Position numbers and translations under genes: made by a program | Part shown: positions 1 to 63,075 of the stretch, piece after piece | Layout of the letters: each line of letters opens with the position of its first letter | Position numbering within the stretch: position 1 is the stretch's first letter | Notes under the pieces: generated by a model | The model's database searches: none | Seen by the model: only the letters and a program-made list of their open reading frames with translations | Told to the model about the DNA's origin: nothing | From: Lama guanicoe | Taxonomy: Eukaryota | Assembly: GCA_013239625.1 (NCBI GenBank) | Contig: MU053493.1 | Span: 1,311,793 to 1,375,792 of the forward strand | Length of the DNA stretch: 64,000 bases | Direction of reading: 5' to 3'

Positions 1-221
1 TCCTGCCCTTTGGAGTGGCAAACAATCCAAACCCTTATCTCATCCTCCCATGGAAGGGCCTAGAAGGAGCCTCCTCTCCGTTTTCAGAGAGGTTGACAGA
101 ACCAGAACCTAATAAGTGTAACTGATACCTGCTGCCATCTGATCTTTATCAGATGTTATTCAGAAAAAAACAGAGGTATTGAGCCTTGTGAACATGTATT
201 TTTAATAAAATAGAAATTGTA

Positions 222-377
222 GGGGGTCGGGGTAGAACTCAGTGGAAGAGCATGTGCTTAGCCTGTACAACTTCCTGGGTTCAATCCCTAGTACCTCCAT
301 TAAAAAATAAATAAATATCAAATAAATAAATAAACCTAATACACCCTCAAAAAAAGATTTTTAAAAAATTTTTTAAA
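222..377 (+). mobile_element. tRNA-Ala-derived camelid SINE (Vic-1-like)
   Basis: A box (ctcagtgg) and B box (ggttcaatccc), (taaa)n tail, degenerate TSD aga[a/c]attgtag. Confidence 0.8.
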
Positions 378-472
378 AGACATTGTAGTTTCTGAATTAG
401 ATCTATATCTCCTTTCATTGGATTCTTCCTGAAATCATAGAATGGAAAATAAAGCCCTCCTGATTCTAAATC

Positions 473-682
473 AGAGGTCAGCAATGGCTCACGAACCAAA
501 TCTGGCCACTTCCTGTTTGTCAATAAAGTTTTATTGGAGCACACTCAAACTCATCATTTACACACCATCTATGGCTGCTATAGAGCTACAGAGACAGTTG
601 AGTAATTGTGGCTGAGATTGTATGGCCCACAAAGCCTGAAAAATTTATATCTGCCCCTTTTAGAAAAGTTTTGTCCACCTAT
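473..682. mobile_element. MER58A-like hAT-Charlie MITE
   Basis: Recognisable motifs aataaagttttattgg...tatggcccacaaagcctgaaaaattta; similar copy at 38115-38322. Confidence 0.7.
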
Positions 683-687
683 TTTAA

Positions 688-1229
688 TGCGGACCCAGGG
701 TTTGTTTTAATCAGACACGGTAAGACACGCAGACAGAGAAATGACTGTCATAGTGGGATGGATCCTTACACTCATAGCTCCCTAGAAGCTGGAGGCATGG
801 CATGCCATGCAGGGCCACACAGAGAAGCGCCAGGGCTGGTCGGCAGGGGACAGAGAGGAAGACCAGGGGCAGGAGCCTTTATTGTGTTTCTGTGGCAAAG
901 GCAAGGCAGGGCAGGCAGACTTAGGATTGGCCAGTTTGGATAGTTTCAGCTGGCTCTCTGGGGCCTACGGGCCATCTGCAGTTCTGTGGCACCTGGCCCT
1001 GGGGTAATCAGGGTAGGCATATGGGCTGCTGGTGCGAAAGCCAGCTGGAGGAGGTGCTTAGGAGTACATACAGGCCCTGAATTGGTTGCTTTGCGCCAGA
1101 AAGATGCACTCCTGGATGAGTCCTTCAGTATCTCTAAGAATTGGCTAATCCTGTAGGGAAATCCTCTGCCTGGTCAGGGAGGCCCCAGATGCCAGACCAT
1201 CAAGGATACAGAAAATAGAATTAATACAC
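688..1229. mobile_element. Old ERVL-class LTR (MER54/MER74-like)
   Basis: Resembles recalled consensus (gcagggccacac...gcaggagcctttattgtg...ttaggattggccagtttg); starts TG. Boundaries approximate. Confidence 0.5.
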
Positions 1230-2174
1230 ATCCCATGGCCTAAATCATAGGTATCTGAGTTGGCTTTGTCAGTGGTTGGGAAATTCTGTCCACCCTCTCA
1301 CTGTTTTAAAATCCCTCTTATTTCTCTGGGGGCATAACTTTGAACATTGTAATTCTTGCTTTACTTATTTTACTTATACTTCCAAAAGAAGGACTGCTGA
1401 GTTCATGTTTAAAGAACCAGTTTGTGAGTGTGTGTGTATGAGTGTGTGTGTGCATGTGTGTGGTTACATATGTGCGTTCATGGAGGGGATGGTTAGGACG
1501 TATTAGAATTAGGAGCACATGTTTCTCATTACGTGACCTTTAACATCATTTACTTTTAGTTCAAAGGCTTTTCCCCTCAGACTCCTAATATTTACTATTT
1601 GAAACTGTCTAATCACATCTTATCACACTATGAGTCAATGTTTCCAAGGTCCTCTTCCATCAGCAATAGGTGCTGATTGATGAGCCAAGAAGGCATATAG
1701 ATGGCCCACCCAGCATGTTACCACTGTTGAGGACAGTGTGGGTTCACATCACCTTGGGTGTTAGAGCAAACTGATGTCCATCTCCATCTGGTCCTGAAAG
1801 ATGGGGCAGTCCCTACTCTTCCAGATTCCCAAAAGGTAGCTGGTAGCAAGAAGGGTGACCTCAGCAAGGCTTGTAAGGGGTAGAAAGGCATGGATTCTCC
1901 TCTGCTCCTGCTCTCAGGGAACGGGATCAAGGAAGCAGAAGTGAGGGGGTGACTCCCAGGGACACAAGCCAGCCCACGTGCTCCATCTCCTCTTCCTCGT
2001 GGCCTGGGTGGTCTGACCTCTCCTCTCACTCTTCTGCAAAATATACCATACTTAATTGTCTTGGTCTCAGAATGAAACTGAAGATGAATCAAAATTATCC
2101 ATTTTGGAATACTCTGTCCCTGGGGCTCACCATTCATTTTGATGTGCAAATATATGAGGCTTCTGAGAATTAAT

Positions 2175-2650
2175 TTTTTTAATTGAAATTGGTTTACAAG
2201 GTATGAATTTCTGGTGTACAGAATAGTGATTCATATATATATATATAATATATACACATACACACATATACACACACATATATATACATACACATATATA
2301 TATTCATTTTCAGATTCTTTTCCATTATTATAAGGTATTGAATTACAAGATATTGAATTTTCCACTATTACAAGGTATTGAATATAGTTCCCTGTGCTTT
2401 ACAGTAAGGAACTTGTTGTTTACCTATTTTATATACAGTAGTTAGTATCTACAAATCTCGAACTCCCAATTCATCCCTTCCTCACCCCTTTCCCCCAATA
2501 ACCTTAAGTTTGTTTTCTATGTCTGTGAGTTTGTTTCTGTTTTGTAAGTAAGTTCATTGTTGTCATTTTTTTAGATTCTACATATAAGTGATATCATAGG
2601 ATATTTGTCTTTCTCTGTCTGGCTTACTTCACTGAGTATGACAATCTCCA
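2175..2650 (-). mobile_element. L1 3'-end fragment
   Basis: Reverse complement of the L1 3' UTR seen at 13700-14110; poly-T at the left end and a TA/CA-rich microsatellite inside. Confidence 0.85.
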
Positions 2651-3415
2651 AAGTTAATTCAATTAACTTTGAATTTAAAACCAACCAAATTACCCCAGGA
2701 TCCGAAGCCTCTTGGTTTTAACCTAATTTAGCAAAATGACTTTAATAGCATTTCTGTGCACTACTCTCACATGTGTGGAAGCAGAGTTCTTGTTCTGGAC
2801 GAAGGCAGGGGCATAGGTCTTCCATCGGCACACAAGACCAGAAGTGAGTCTCAGGAAGGCCTCAGAAAGGTAAAGCACAGAACCCAACCGGTGAGCAGGC
2901 TAATGTGAGTGGAAATCCTTATGGCCTGAGTGAGAGCACATACTAATGAACTTGCCATTCTGTGTAGACAATACTCATTCAAATGCCAGTTTGAATTCTG
3001 TTTTCCTGAGGACTACTGCCTTGCTAAAAGAATTCTTCATTATTACAAATATTGATGTAAAAAAGAAAACCTATTCCTAACATCACATATTTAAGAATTC
3101 TTTACCTCTTAAGCACAGGACTTTAAAAAAAAATACACCTACTTTTTTTGCTGTGGCATTTAGATCGGATGATTGACTTCCTAGGAAAGTAACATGTTGT
3201 CCTTTAGAGAAATTCTGCACTGCATTTCTCACCCCTTGGTCGGAAAGCCAAGGTAGAGTAAGACCCAAGTAGACCATCAGTTTTTAAATGTATTTATTTT
3301 TGATGAAGTGTAGTTGATTTACAGCAAAATTGTGTTTAGACCATCATTTTCTGAGAGTGCTGTGACAACAGAAACATTCAGACAGAAGAGAAGCCACAAA
3401 TGGCTCACTATTTGT

Positions 3416-3545
3416 TAATTTTGTTTATTTTTTGATGGAAGAGGTGATTTGATTGATTGATTGATTGATTGATCTGAGGAGGTACTGGGGATTGAACCCA
3501 GGACCTCGTGCATGGGCTCCACCACTTAAGCTATACCCTCCCCCA
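3416..3545 (-). mobile_element. tRNA-Ala-derived SINE (Vic-1-like), copy within duplication unit 1
   Basis: ggggattgaacccagg...aagctataccctcccc; (gatt)n tail; degenerate TSD ctcac[ta/cg]tttgt. Confidence 0.85.
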
Positions 3546-3828
3546 CTCACCGTTTGTGTCCTGGGACCCTTCTTCACTTGGGTGGGATGTATGTGCTTAT
3601 CAGAGTAACTTTAGTAAAGGTAACTTATCTTAAAATCCAAACAGCAGTGGAGGAAGGCGAATGGGTTGCTTCTCACTTGAAAGATGTAAATGCATAAAAA
3701 CAAAGGCAGATGCCCTGGTAGCATTGGGTGCTGGGAGAGGGCAGTTCTACTGAGCTGAGTCTGATGTAACTTAAGACCCGGAAAGCAAGGCTGATGATCT
3801 TTAAGGATGCTGAAGGGCATTTGTGTGA

Positions 3829-53899
<50,071 letters not shown>

Positions 53900-56800
53900 A
53901 CGCGGCGCCGCGCGGCTCCGGCCGTCGAGCATCTCTTTCCCGTGCTGTCCGTGTCTCTTGGACGTGCCCTGGGCCACCGGAAGGCCGGCGACGCCGCTGT
54001 CCGTGCTGTGTACGTGTTTGGTCAAACGTTCCTAATGGTGCCTGAACCTACACTGACGCCACTCAGGTAGTAGACGGATAGGAAACAAGTCATACTGTTG
54101 GAAGTGGGTGTGCTAGCTAGCATCTGCCTCGTACCCGTGGAAACTCAATAGCCATTGCAAGAGTATTTTTGTTCCTCGATAAGAGAAATAAAGAAATTTG
54201 CAGCCCTTTGTTTTTAGAAGGGAGTGTTTTACATGCCTTTTTTTTTGGCTTTTTTTTTCCTAACCCAGCGACTGACCTCTTCCGTGTAGCGGTCACCTGC
54301 GTGCGATCGGTGCCACCCAGGGTGGAGAAGCGAACGCGCGGCCCCGGGACCGCGGTGGCGACTTTGCCTCAGGCTTCCACCTGCCGCCCCTCCCTGGTCC
54401 TCGGAGGACAGGAGGCGCTCTGCCGCCCCGTTGACGCCCTGGGGGTCCCCGTGCCCCTTTAGGAATCCGTGGCTCCATCTCATAAGCAAAACCTCCTCCC
54501 GCAGCCCCCGGCTCGAGCGACATTCACACTGCCATCCAAGCCGCGGGCGTCCGTAGGATGTGCACCGGACAGCCTACCTCGCAGGGCGCGGTGAGGTGGA
54601 GTGATCGCTCCCGGTGCCGGGCAGCTCAGGTGACAGGAGTTTTCCAAAGACACCTGGGGTCCCAAAAACAAGGTTCTGAACTCACAATTTGGAGTTGCCC
54701 GTGGAGAAGCAAAGATGGCCGCCTGCGCGCATTTCTCCTTTGAAGACACTTCCACAGTGACCTGTCGCCGGAGGGCCCCTAGGCAGCGACCTTCGGTGCC
54801 CCAGGAGAGAGACGAGGAGTTGACCCTGTGGTCACTGTGTCAGCCCCCACTAGGCGGCTTTGGAACCTGGCCTGCACCTCTTTACAGAGGGAGAGGGCTG
54901 GGGCTGGGGCGGGGGCGGGAAGGAAGCCCACCCCCACCTCCACCGGCATCTGTCTGGGATCAGCCAGGTGAAGGGGCGCCACTCCATCAGGGTCCCCTCC
55001 TCAGAGTGGGGGAAACTCTGACTGGCTGCATAACACGTTAGGGGGCAGCCCCATCCTTGAGCGGTCCCTATTTTGGTGCCTCCTTACATTTCTTGAGGAA
55101 ATTTTAAAAAATGTGTCCTTAGCTCCCCTGTTTTGAGCAGCAATATGCAGCCTCTTCCTTCCAAGATTACCTCTGGAGAAAACCATTCTTGGCCAAGGAC
55201 ACTGAGGAGTTAAATCTGCCTCACTAAGGGAAGATCTTGTTTCCAAGAAATACAGATAAGATGGATAAAATCCTCACTAGCAAAAGAATCCTTTAAAACC
55301 TGTGAGAGCCTTAGAATAGCCTCTAATAATCCCAAGAAAGAGGACAAAGCACCCAGCTTCGCTGTGGGTGTATCTTCAGAAAACACAGGAGGTAGACCAT
55401 CTCTTCTTTGGAGCCAGCTTCTCCTTCTCCAGAAAGGATGCTTCCCCCCACCCCACCCCACACCCCAACATAAAGAGCAGCAAAAAAACAAACAAAACAG
55501 GGAGGGGATTTTTTTTACTTGTTTGAAGAATTATAATAAACTAATTTGAGTATCTCCTGTGAGTAATTCCTTTTTGTTTTTAATTATCCACAGCACGTGG
55601 AGTTTTCAGTAATTGATTCAAGTTTTGCATACGTGGTTCCTTAAAATTCTTTATGAAATAGGCTCTTAAAGAGATTTTTGGAAAGTTTTCCTTTTCACGT
55701 TAAACGATACTTTCAACATGTAATTACTAATATCCGTGTCCCTCGTGTTACTGGGGTTTCTTTTGTTAAAACAAAGAAAGTTGTTTTTTAAACAATTTCT
55801 CATGGAGAGGTTTTGTGGCAGCTTCTTGGACCAATTGTTCATGTCATGCTGAGCAAAAGCTTTGCCGTCCAAAGCTGGAAGGTCACAGGAAATACGGCTT
55901 CACCTGTAGACACCAGCTTCTGCTCTGCTCCTCACTCTTAGAAGGTGAAAACGGCCAGCCTGGAAAATGCTTCCCTGCCCATTCAGAAGCCACACTCACA
56001 CACACCAGAAGTCAAGGAGGCAGAAAGTAAACGCTTGTCTGTTTCTGAATTGTTTCACATTAAAACAGCCAACTGGAAATTTCCAACACTGGCTGTGTGA
56101 ATATTTTCTCTTTCTCATGCTCTCTGCCAGGTGGAAGGAAGGAAGGAAGGAGGGAAGAAAAGGCAAACTGAGAATAAAAATGGTCCATTTGTAGTACCAG
56201 GAGAAAAAAGGAAAGCCTTGAAAACCAAGCAGTGTCATTCATAGGTATTATCAAAAAGCTGTTCTAGCTCCTTGAATTTCAGTCATCTCCGTCCCACCCC
56301 TATCTGACTTAATGTGCCATGAAAAGGAGCCTGAGATCCTGCCTCCGGGGGCCCACACCAAGCTTCTCCCGCCACGTGGAAGGCCCCAATTTCTCAGCAT
56401 CACAGGTGACTCCATGTGCTGGGCCACCTATGGAGGCTGCCCCCAGCTGACGTGATGGCCTCCCGTGCACATTATTTACAGACAGCCATTTCCTCTTGTG
56501 AGCAGTCTGGGTCCGTCCTTCCTCTAAACAGTATTAAAACCATGAGAGCCTACCACTCCATTACATTTCCTAGTCCAGGGCGCCAACGGCACTCCGTTCA
56601 GCCCTGGTTCCTGGCCACACAGCTCCTGGACCCAATTAGTTCATCAGGCTGGACGGAAACTATTAGAAACTAATGTGTTTTTCACATGTGGGTCAAGAGG
56701 TCTCCTAACGTCTTTCTATGACTTGGAGGCCCTTTGGGGAGCAGGGAAAAGGAAGGAAGATTTGGGGAGCTGGAGAAAAGGTGGCCAGTCCTGATTCCAG

Positions 56801-58334
56801 AAAGGCTGGAGCCCCACCAGGGCTCAGGTCCTGGACACCAGGGTGCTGACCCTCTCTGTGAGCTGAGGTCTGGCCAAACTTCCCATTCTGGGAAGGTCAG
56901 ATGGCTTGAAGTGGCAGCAAGTTTCCGGAAGGATCCCAGCTACTTCTAAACCCCAGGGGAGTTTATTTCAGTAATTTACTTCACACTTACTGCATATGTG
57001 TTACCTGGGCCTATGATTTTTTTTAAATAGTATATTGTTAAAGGAAGGTGTTTTTAAGTGTATTCCGTTTGTAGATTTTATGCTATGTTCTGTTGATATT
57101 TTACAAGCCAAGTTTAAAACTGTACTATAGAAATTATTTTTCTATTCTTTTCAGAATATGCCACAGAGCAATATTTTGCACCCGTCTGTTGTCACAGGGC
57201 AATCCCCTTGGAGGGCTCACTGTAGGTGGGAAGTGGCTCCACTGGGGATTAAATGCTTTCTGCTGTCTGTTCAAATCCTCTCTGAAAGTGGGACTGTGTA
57301 ACTGTCTCTTCTCTTTCCATGGGAGGCTCAATGTTTCTGTTCCTGGATTTTGGTACTGCACCTTTCCTCTTGAATGAATACTTTATATTCACTAAGTTAA
57401 CTGTGGACCGTTTCTTACCGATTACCACCCAGAAGCTCAGGTGGAGTTCTGAAAAGTTGGGATCTGTTCCTTTACAAATGTAATGTTTTCCAAAGCGATT
57501 TGGTTCATTAATTCTGGCAGCCGATGGTCAGGAATTTATTATTCAAGATAGCAAGACTCCATTCCTCTGGGGGCACACCCTGGGTTATCTAATCCTCCAG
57601 GCAAAGCTCCCACCAGTCTCTGGGTGGTGGCTCTGTGGCTCCCACCCCTCCCGTGGCGTCCACAAGCTTATTTTGCAAACTATTCTACTTTGCAGAAATC
57701 AATTTAACCTATCAAAATATAGTTCACATTCATTAAGACAAAAGGGCTGTACCCATCAGTGGTGGGACATTTGTGCAAGAAAAAAAAAAGACTTTGCCAA
57801 AACCAAGTGTGTAAGTTCTGTGTGAGTCTTTCGTGTTCCCTGAGAGACGTGGAGTAAATGCTAAAGACTTCGTGCATTTGGGAGGGTTTCTTTCTTTACG
57901 ACGTGACTCATTCTTCCTCGTTGTGGTGGACTTGACAAATTAAGTTCCTTGAGTGTTTTTTTTCTTTTTCTTTCTTCCAATGCTTCTAATAACTAAGAAA
58001 GAAACGTGTGTCATGGCTAAGCCGACCCTGCAGAGTCAGACCTTGACCTCAGTGACGTTGCCTCTGTCCAGAGTTTGGGTCTGCTGTCACCTGGGCGGAC
58101 ACGTCGGGGAAAGGGCTCCGCGGTGGCTGGGGCCTTCCAAAAAGCTTTAAAGTTGTGATTCTCCGGAGTCCTCTGGGCATCACTTCCCCCGCTGTCCTAA
58201 CTATAAACTCTCTTTTCTGCTGGAACTGGCCCTGTTCAGTGTGGGGCTCCAGGGTGGTGGGGGCATCCAGCTTCATCCTTGATTCAGACATCACCGGTCC
58301 CAATGGTCCAGAGCTTGATTCTGACAGTGGGTCT

Positions 58335-58440
58335 TGGGGGGCATGGCTAGAGCTCAGTGGTAGAGCGCATGCTTAGTTTGCGTGAGGTTCTGGGTTCAAT
58401 CCCCAGTACCTCCACTGGAGGAAAAATAAAAAGACTTATC
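58335..58440 (+). mobile_element. tRNA-Ala-derived SINE in the putative 3' UTR
   Basis: A/B boxes; perfect 14-bp TSD ctgacagtgggtct (58321-58334, 58441-58454). Confidence 0.9.
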
Positions 58441-59151
58441 CTGACAGTGGGTCTGCTGACACGGGGGTGGGTCTGGAGTGGTCCATCCCAGAGAGACCCA
58501 CTGGGCACACATGATGACGAAGTGCCCCCACACTCACCCCAGGAGGCCCAGAGGCTACAGGGAGCACTTCCGGGCACCCCACTTTGGGAGAGTTTCACTA
58601 TGGCTCCAAGCACTATGCTAAATGGTCTGTTAGCAGTTTTGCAGGGAGCTTTGTTTCCCCGAGCTCAGTCCTTCCTCCACATTCCCCGCACCGCCTCCCC
58701 CCCACTGCCCACCACAGCAGAGAAGAGAGAGGGGACTGCCTGCATGGACCCCTCGGGAATAAGTGTGTGTGTTGTCTGTGCAGCACCAAGATGCTGTGCC
58801 CTCCCCAGGGCTGACTTCATATACATATCACTGCGGGAACAGCACAGAAACCAGAATCTCCAAATGAGGCCACCAATATTACTAGTTCCACGTATTTTGC
58901 AAAACAACTTGCTGAAATTGTCACTTTTGCTGTTTCACACTTGGCAAAAAAAAAAAAATAGTCCAACCAACCCTAATTATGTATATACAAAATAATGCCC
59001 ATTGCTTCTACTTTTGTTATTGCTTCTACTTGAGAGTATCTCAAGAACCTACAGACACATACATGCACACATCAGTTCTTTAACATAAGATGAGGAGCAC
59101 CACTGGCTTCTTAAATATAAGCTGAATAGGCTTCAAGAAAAAAGCATCCCA

Positions 59152-59290
59152 GAGGGGAGGGTGTAGCTTAGTGGTAGAGCACATGCTTAAGCATGCACAA
59201 GGTTCTGGGTTCAATCCCCAGTATCTCCATTTAAAATAAATAAATAAACCTCCCCCAAAATAAACAAACAAAAGTAATTAAATATTTTTT
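59152..59290 (+). mobile_element. tRNA-Ala-derived SINE in the putative 3' UTR
   Basis: gtgtagcttagtggtagagc...gggttcaatcccc; (aaat)n tail. Confidence 0.88.
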
Positions 59291-61744
59291 TAAAAAGACC
59301 AAAGCAATTCAATATATTTAAGAGGATAAATTAGTGGAGCCAGCTCTTTGAGAATGTTTCACAGACGCTGAAAGGTGAATTTAAATGAAAAACAAACCAA
59401 CCTTACAGAGACCATTCCCACCCCAGTACTTTGCCCTCTACCCCAGTGACATAGTCTGCCTCAGGGCCTTTGCACATCGCCTTCTGCCTGAAGTGTTCTC
59501 CCCCAACACCCACCCTCAGCCACGTGGCTCACCCTTCACTACCTACCAGCCTTTGCTCCAACATATCTCTCAAAGAGGCCTTCCCTGACTTCTTCATTTA
59601 ACATGCCGATGCATCCCACCCTCCCGGCTGCCTCTCTGTGCATCTTTTTAGTGTGCATATATTGCTACCTGAGGGCTACGTGTGAATTATTCATATTCAT
59701 TAATTTTATGCCTCCTCCCAGCCCCCATAGAATGTATGCTCCACGCAGGCAGGAATTTTTGTATGTTTTGTTTGCCGCTTTATTCCTGGTGCCTATGACA
59801 GTGCCTGACACCTCTGAGGCACTGGATAAACCTTTGTTGAAAAGAGAAAGTGAGATCAATAACTTGACAACTCTTAAGAAATCTAAACATAGCAGGGATA
59901 GCCTTCATCAAACCCAGAGTCTACTAGTGCCCCTATGTGGAGAGAATTTTAGCTGATACAGGAGCCTGGCTGTGGGTCACAGTGTGGCCAGATGCGGCAG
60001 TGAGCACCGGACCTGATCATGGCAGGTGTCTCATGTCTCCGTAAATGCCCACTCCGTGGTCCCCCCTCCTTACAGAGGAGAGACTCAGCTGTTCACAGGG
60101 GACCCTCGGGAACAGGCTGAGGTGGGAACAGTGTCTTCCAGGGTGGCTCCCTTGATCATGCCCCCTCTGTGATTCATCATGGGTCTGGACTGTCTCCAGG
60201 AAGACAGGGCTGCAGAGCCAAGGCCCACGGGTCTCCCCCTCAGTCACAGGTGAGTGTGTGCTGGTGGGACAGAGGCTGGACATCACAGAGCCAGATAACA
60301 CTGCTTCCTTAGCCCTGGAGCCCTGGTGCCCCCCCAGGTGGCACGTGGCCTCACCCACCAGTCGGGAGAGGGGGCTGCTTCCTCTTCTGAACATCCTGCC
60401 CTTGTGAGGTGATTCTCACAACTACCTAACCTTGGTGTTTACTTCTAGGTCCAAATGTGTTTTTCTCTAAGATGAATTGGCAGAATACTGTTACAAGCAT
60501 CTTACAGGACCCCGTCCTACTGTGTTAAAACGCTTTGTCTTTCTCTTAATCCCCTCCCGTGGTTTTGCTGTCATTTCTCTGGGTGCCATATTTTAGGGTC
60601 CCCCACATCGAGGGGTGGCAGAAGAGCTCCCTCGTCACACTGCCTGGGCAGCCGCCTGGCAGACAGCAAGCAGGTGCATGCGTGTGTGTCCCTTTTGCTT
60701 GAATTGCCAGATCAGCAGTATCCCTTTCATTGCTGCCCTGACAGGTACTCAGAGAGGGCGAGCTTTCCGGGGCCACCCCCTCAGAATCTCGCAAACCCTT
60801 CTCCATGGCAGGAGCCCTGAGGCCCGTCCAGTGTTTCCCACACATCCTTCCCACTTACTTGGAACTGAATCCAAATGCCTGCCTTGGAATTCTGACCTAG
60901 CAGGTGAGAGTGGGGCAGCGTGTCTCCACTAACCTAGGACCAAAACCAGGAAAATCACCACGAGCGTGGTTGGAGGTGGACCTCAGCCCAGAGCCTCGGA
61001 CACGAGGCAGAGTCCGCCTCACCGAGCCAGTCACCATCCCACACCAGAGGAAGCCCCAGGCTTCCACCACCCACAAAGCTGTTAGAGCCACAGGGGCTCC
61101 CCTGAGTCTGTGCTCAGAGCCTGAACCCCGTCACCAACCCTTTGGACAAGGTGGTCTCATTTGAACTGAGGGTAGTTGAACGGTATTTGCATGGTTCCTT
61201 TCGACATGCATTTGGCCTGTGGGTGTAAGTGAACGGAGTTCCTCTGTTTCTCCCCCCTTTTGTTTCTTTTATGGGCTCATTTGACTGATTTGGGGGTGAA
61301 ATGCATTACTTTGTCTCCCCAAGTTTACTTGTTACCACAGATGAAAGAAAACATTGAGGCAAAAAGGGTCAGAATCACCTGCTACTTTGCCCAAGTTGCC
61401 CTTTATTCCAGAGCCCATGCAGGTTTTCACTGGGATTCAGTGCCGGTGTTCTTTTCCATCTGGTCCATCCCGGGAGAAGGAACCCATTGAAGAGCTGTCT
61501 TCGGTGGTTGGGTTGTTACTTTGTAAAATATGAAAGCATTAAACCGATTTTTGCAATATGTAGGGCATCTTGCTTTCATTTTAGGAAACTTCCAGTAAGG
61601 ACAAATGCACTTTTTTTTTTAACAGAAGAACTGTATTTCATTTCTTTCTTTTATGAAAGATTATTTCAAGTAAAGATAGCTCTGTAATCTGTGTGACACG
61701 GCTTCTCCATTACCTGACACACGGAGAAGCTTTGATGACTACTC

Positions 61745-61750
61745 AATAAA
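61745..61750 (+). terminator. Candidate distal polyadenylation signal (AATAAA)
   Basis: actcAATAAAattaacatgtttgtaaagtattgg at the end of an AU-rich block; alternative proximal AATAAA at 54187, 55535 and 56173. Confidence 0.55.
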
Positions 61751-61879
61751 ATTAACATGTTTGTAAAGTATTGGCTGGTCCAATTATTTACCCATTCCTG
61801 TGTGCCTGGTGAAATACCAGCTCACAAAAATTTTAGGGCTCAGGGGAAGAGAATTCTAACAGGTGTTCATCCGAACTAG

Positions 61880-62110
61880 TTTTTTTTTAAATTGAAGTGT
61901 AATTGATTTACAATGTCATGTTAGTTTCAGGTGTACAGCATAGTGATTCAATTATACATATATCTATTCTTTTTCATATTCTTTTTCATTATAGGTTATT
62001 ACAAGCTAGAATATTGTTCCCTTTGCTATACAGTAGAACTTGTCATTTATCTCCTCTGTATATAGTAGTCGGTATCTGCTAATCCCAAGCTCCTAATTTA
62101 TCCCTCACCC
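61880..62110 (-). mobile_element. L1 3' tail fragment
   Basis: ttttaaattgaagtgtaattgatttacaatg...ctcctaatttatccctc. Confidence 0.85.
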
Positions 62111-62943
62111 GTTTCTTTAAAAGTGGTCTTGCCGTCAGATGAGATGTAAACCCAGTCATAGCAGTTTTATTATGTGAGCGAAAGGGTTTCTTGCCTTTTA
62201 GGATGATCAGGACCCTTTCTGTCTGAATGGAAGCAACAGGATTTTCCTTAAGGTGTATTCACCAGAGGTTGCAACGCCAGCCAGAGGCCGATGGCGGGAG
62301 GGCGCAGAGAACGAAGTAAGTGGTGAAACCCAGACTCCAGCTCTAATTTGCCCGTTGCAGGAACTCGCGCCCCCAGCTGCAGGGCCCTTGCGCTGTTCTG
62401 CCGTCGCCAGCTGCCCAGAAGCAGCTCCCAGCCTGTGTGCTGGGTGGACATAGACACACAGGTCTTCTTGCTTGCGGGAGGTGGGGTGAGGCAGGGCAGG
62501 GTTGGGGTGTGGGTAGCATGGTTGGAGAAGGACAGGAGAGATGCTCAGCTGGTCTGTGGGAGGCGCTGTGGCTTCCCCGCTCTCCTGAGGGCTGCATCAG
62601 GCTTCCCCTTCCATTGCTGGCTCAGATGTTCTTCTACACTGGAACGCAGGTGACAGCGCTTCGTTCTTGCAGGACAGGCAGAGAACACCACACGAAAGGC
62701 CCATTCGTCCACTGGAGGCTTTGAGAGGTGCTTAAAAGACTGTATGGGATGCTAGTGGGAGCCCTGCCTAGGAAGGAAGAAAGTCTGGCCCCTAAACTAC
62801 AGGGACCTTGAGAAAGGCATCTCCCCTGTCCAGGCCTCCGTTTTCTGTAAAATTTCAGTATAATTCGGTAAAATGTGGGACTTGAGGGAAGAGTCTCCTG
62901 AGTCCCACCGAGTCACGAAATCCAAATTTAGGAAAACAGGAGT

Positions 62944-63075
62944 TACTGGGGGAGGGTATAGCTCAATTGGTAGAGTGCATGCTTAGCATGCATGGGGTCC
63001 TAGGTTCAATCCCCAACACCTCCATTAAAAAATAAACAAACATAATTCCTCCCCACCCCACCAAGAAAAAAAATA
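62944..63075 (+). mobile_element. tRNA-Ala-derived SINE (Vic-1-like)
   Basis: A/B boxes; perfect 14-bp TSD aggaaaacaggagt (62930-62943, 63076-63089). Confidence 0.9.

Larger units (their letters stand above)
53900..61770 (+). other. OTUD7A: Probable long 3' UTR of OTUD7A (~7.9 kb)
   Basis: Follows the stop codon; repeat-poor with several AU-rich blocks; AATAAA at 61745-61750 followed by GT-rich sequence and then an L1 remnant. Length agrees with my recollection of the long human UTR. The end is inferred. Confidence 0.6.

Noticed and set aside
58336..58415. tRNA-Ala-like sequences (11 places in the window)
   Set aside because: These are SINE heads: mutated stems, A-rich tails and target-site duplications. 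Not functional tRNA genes.
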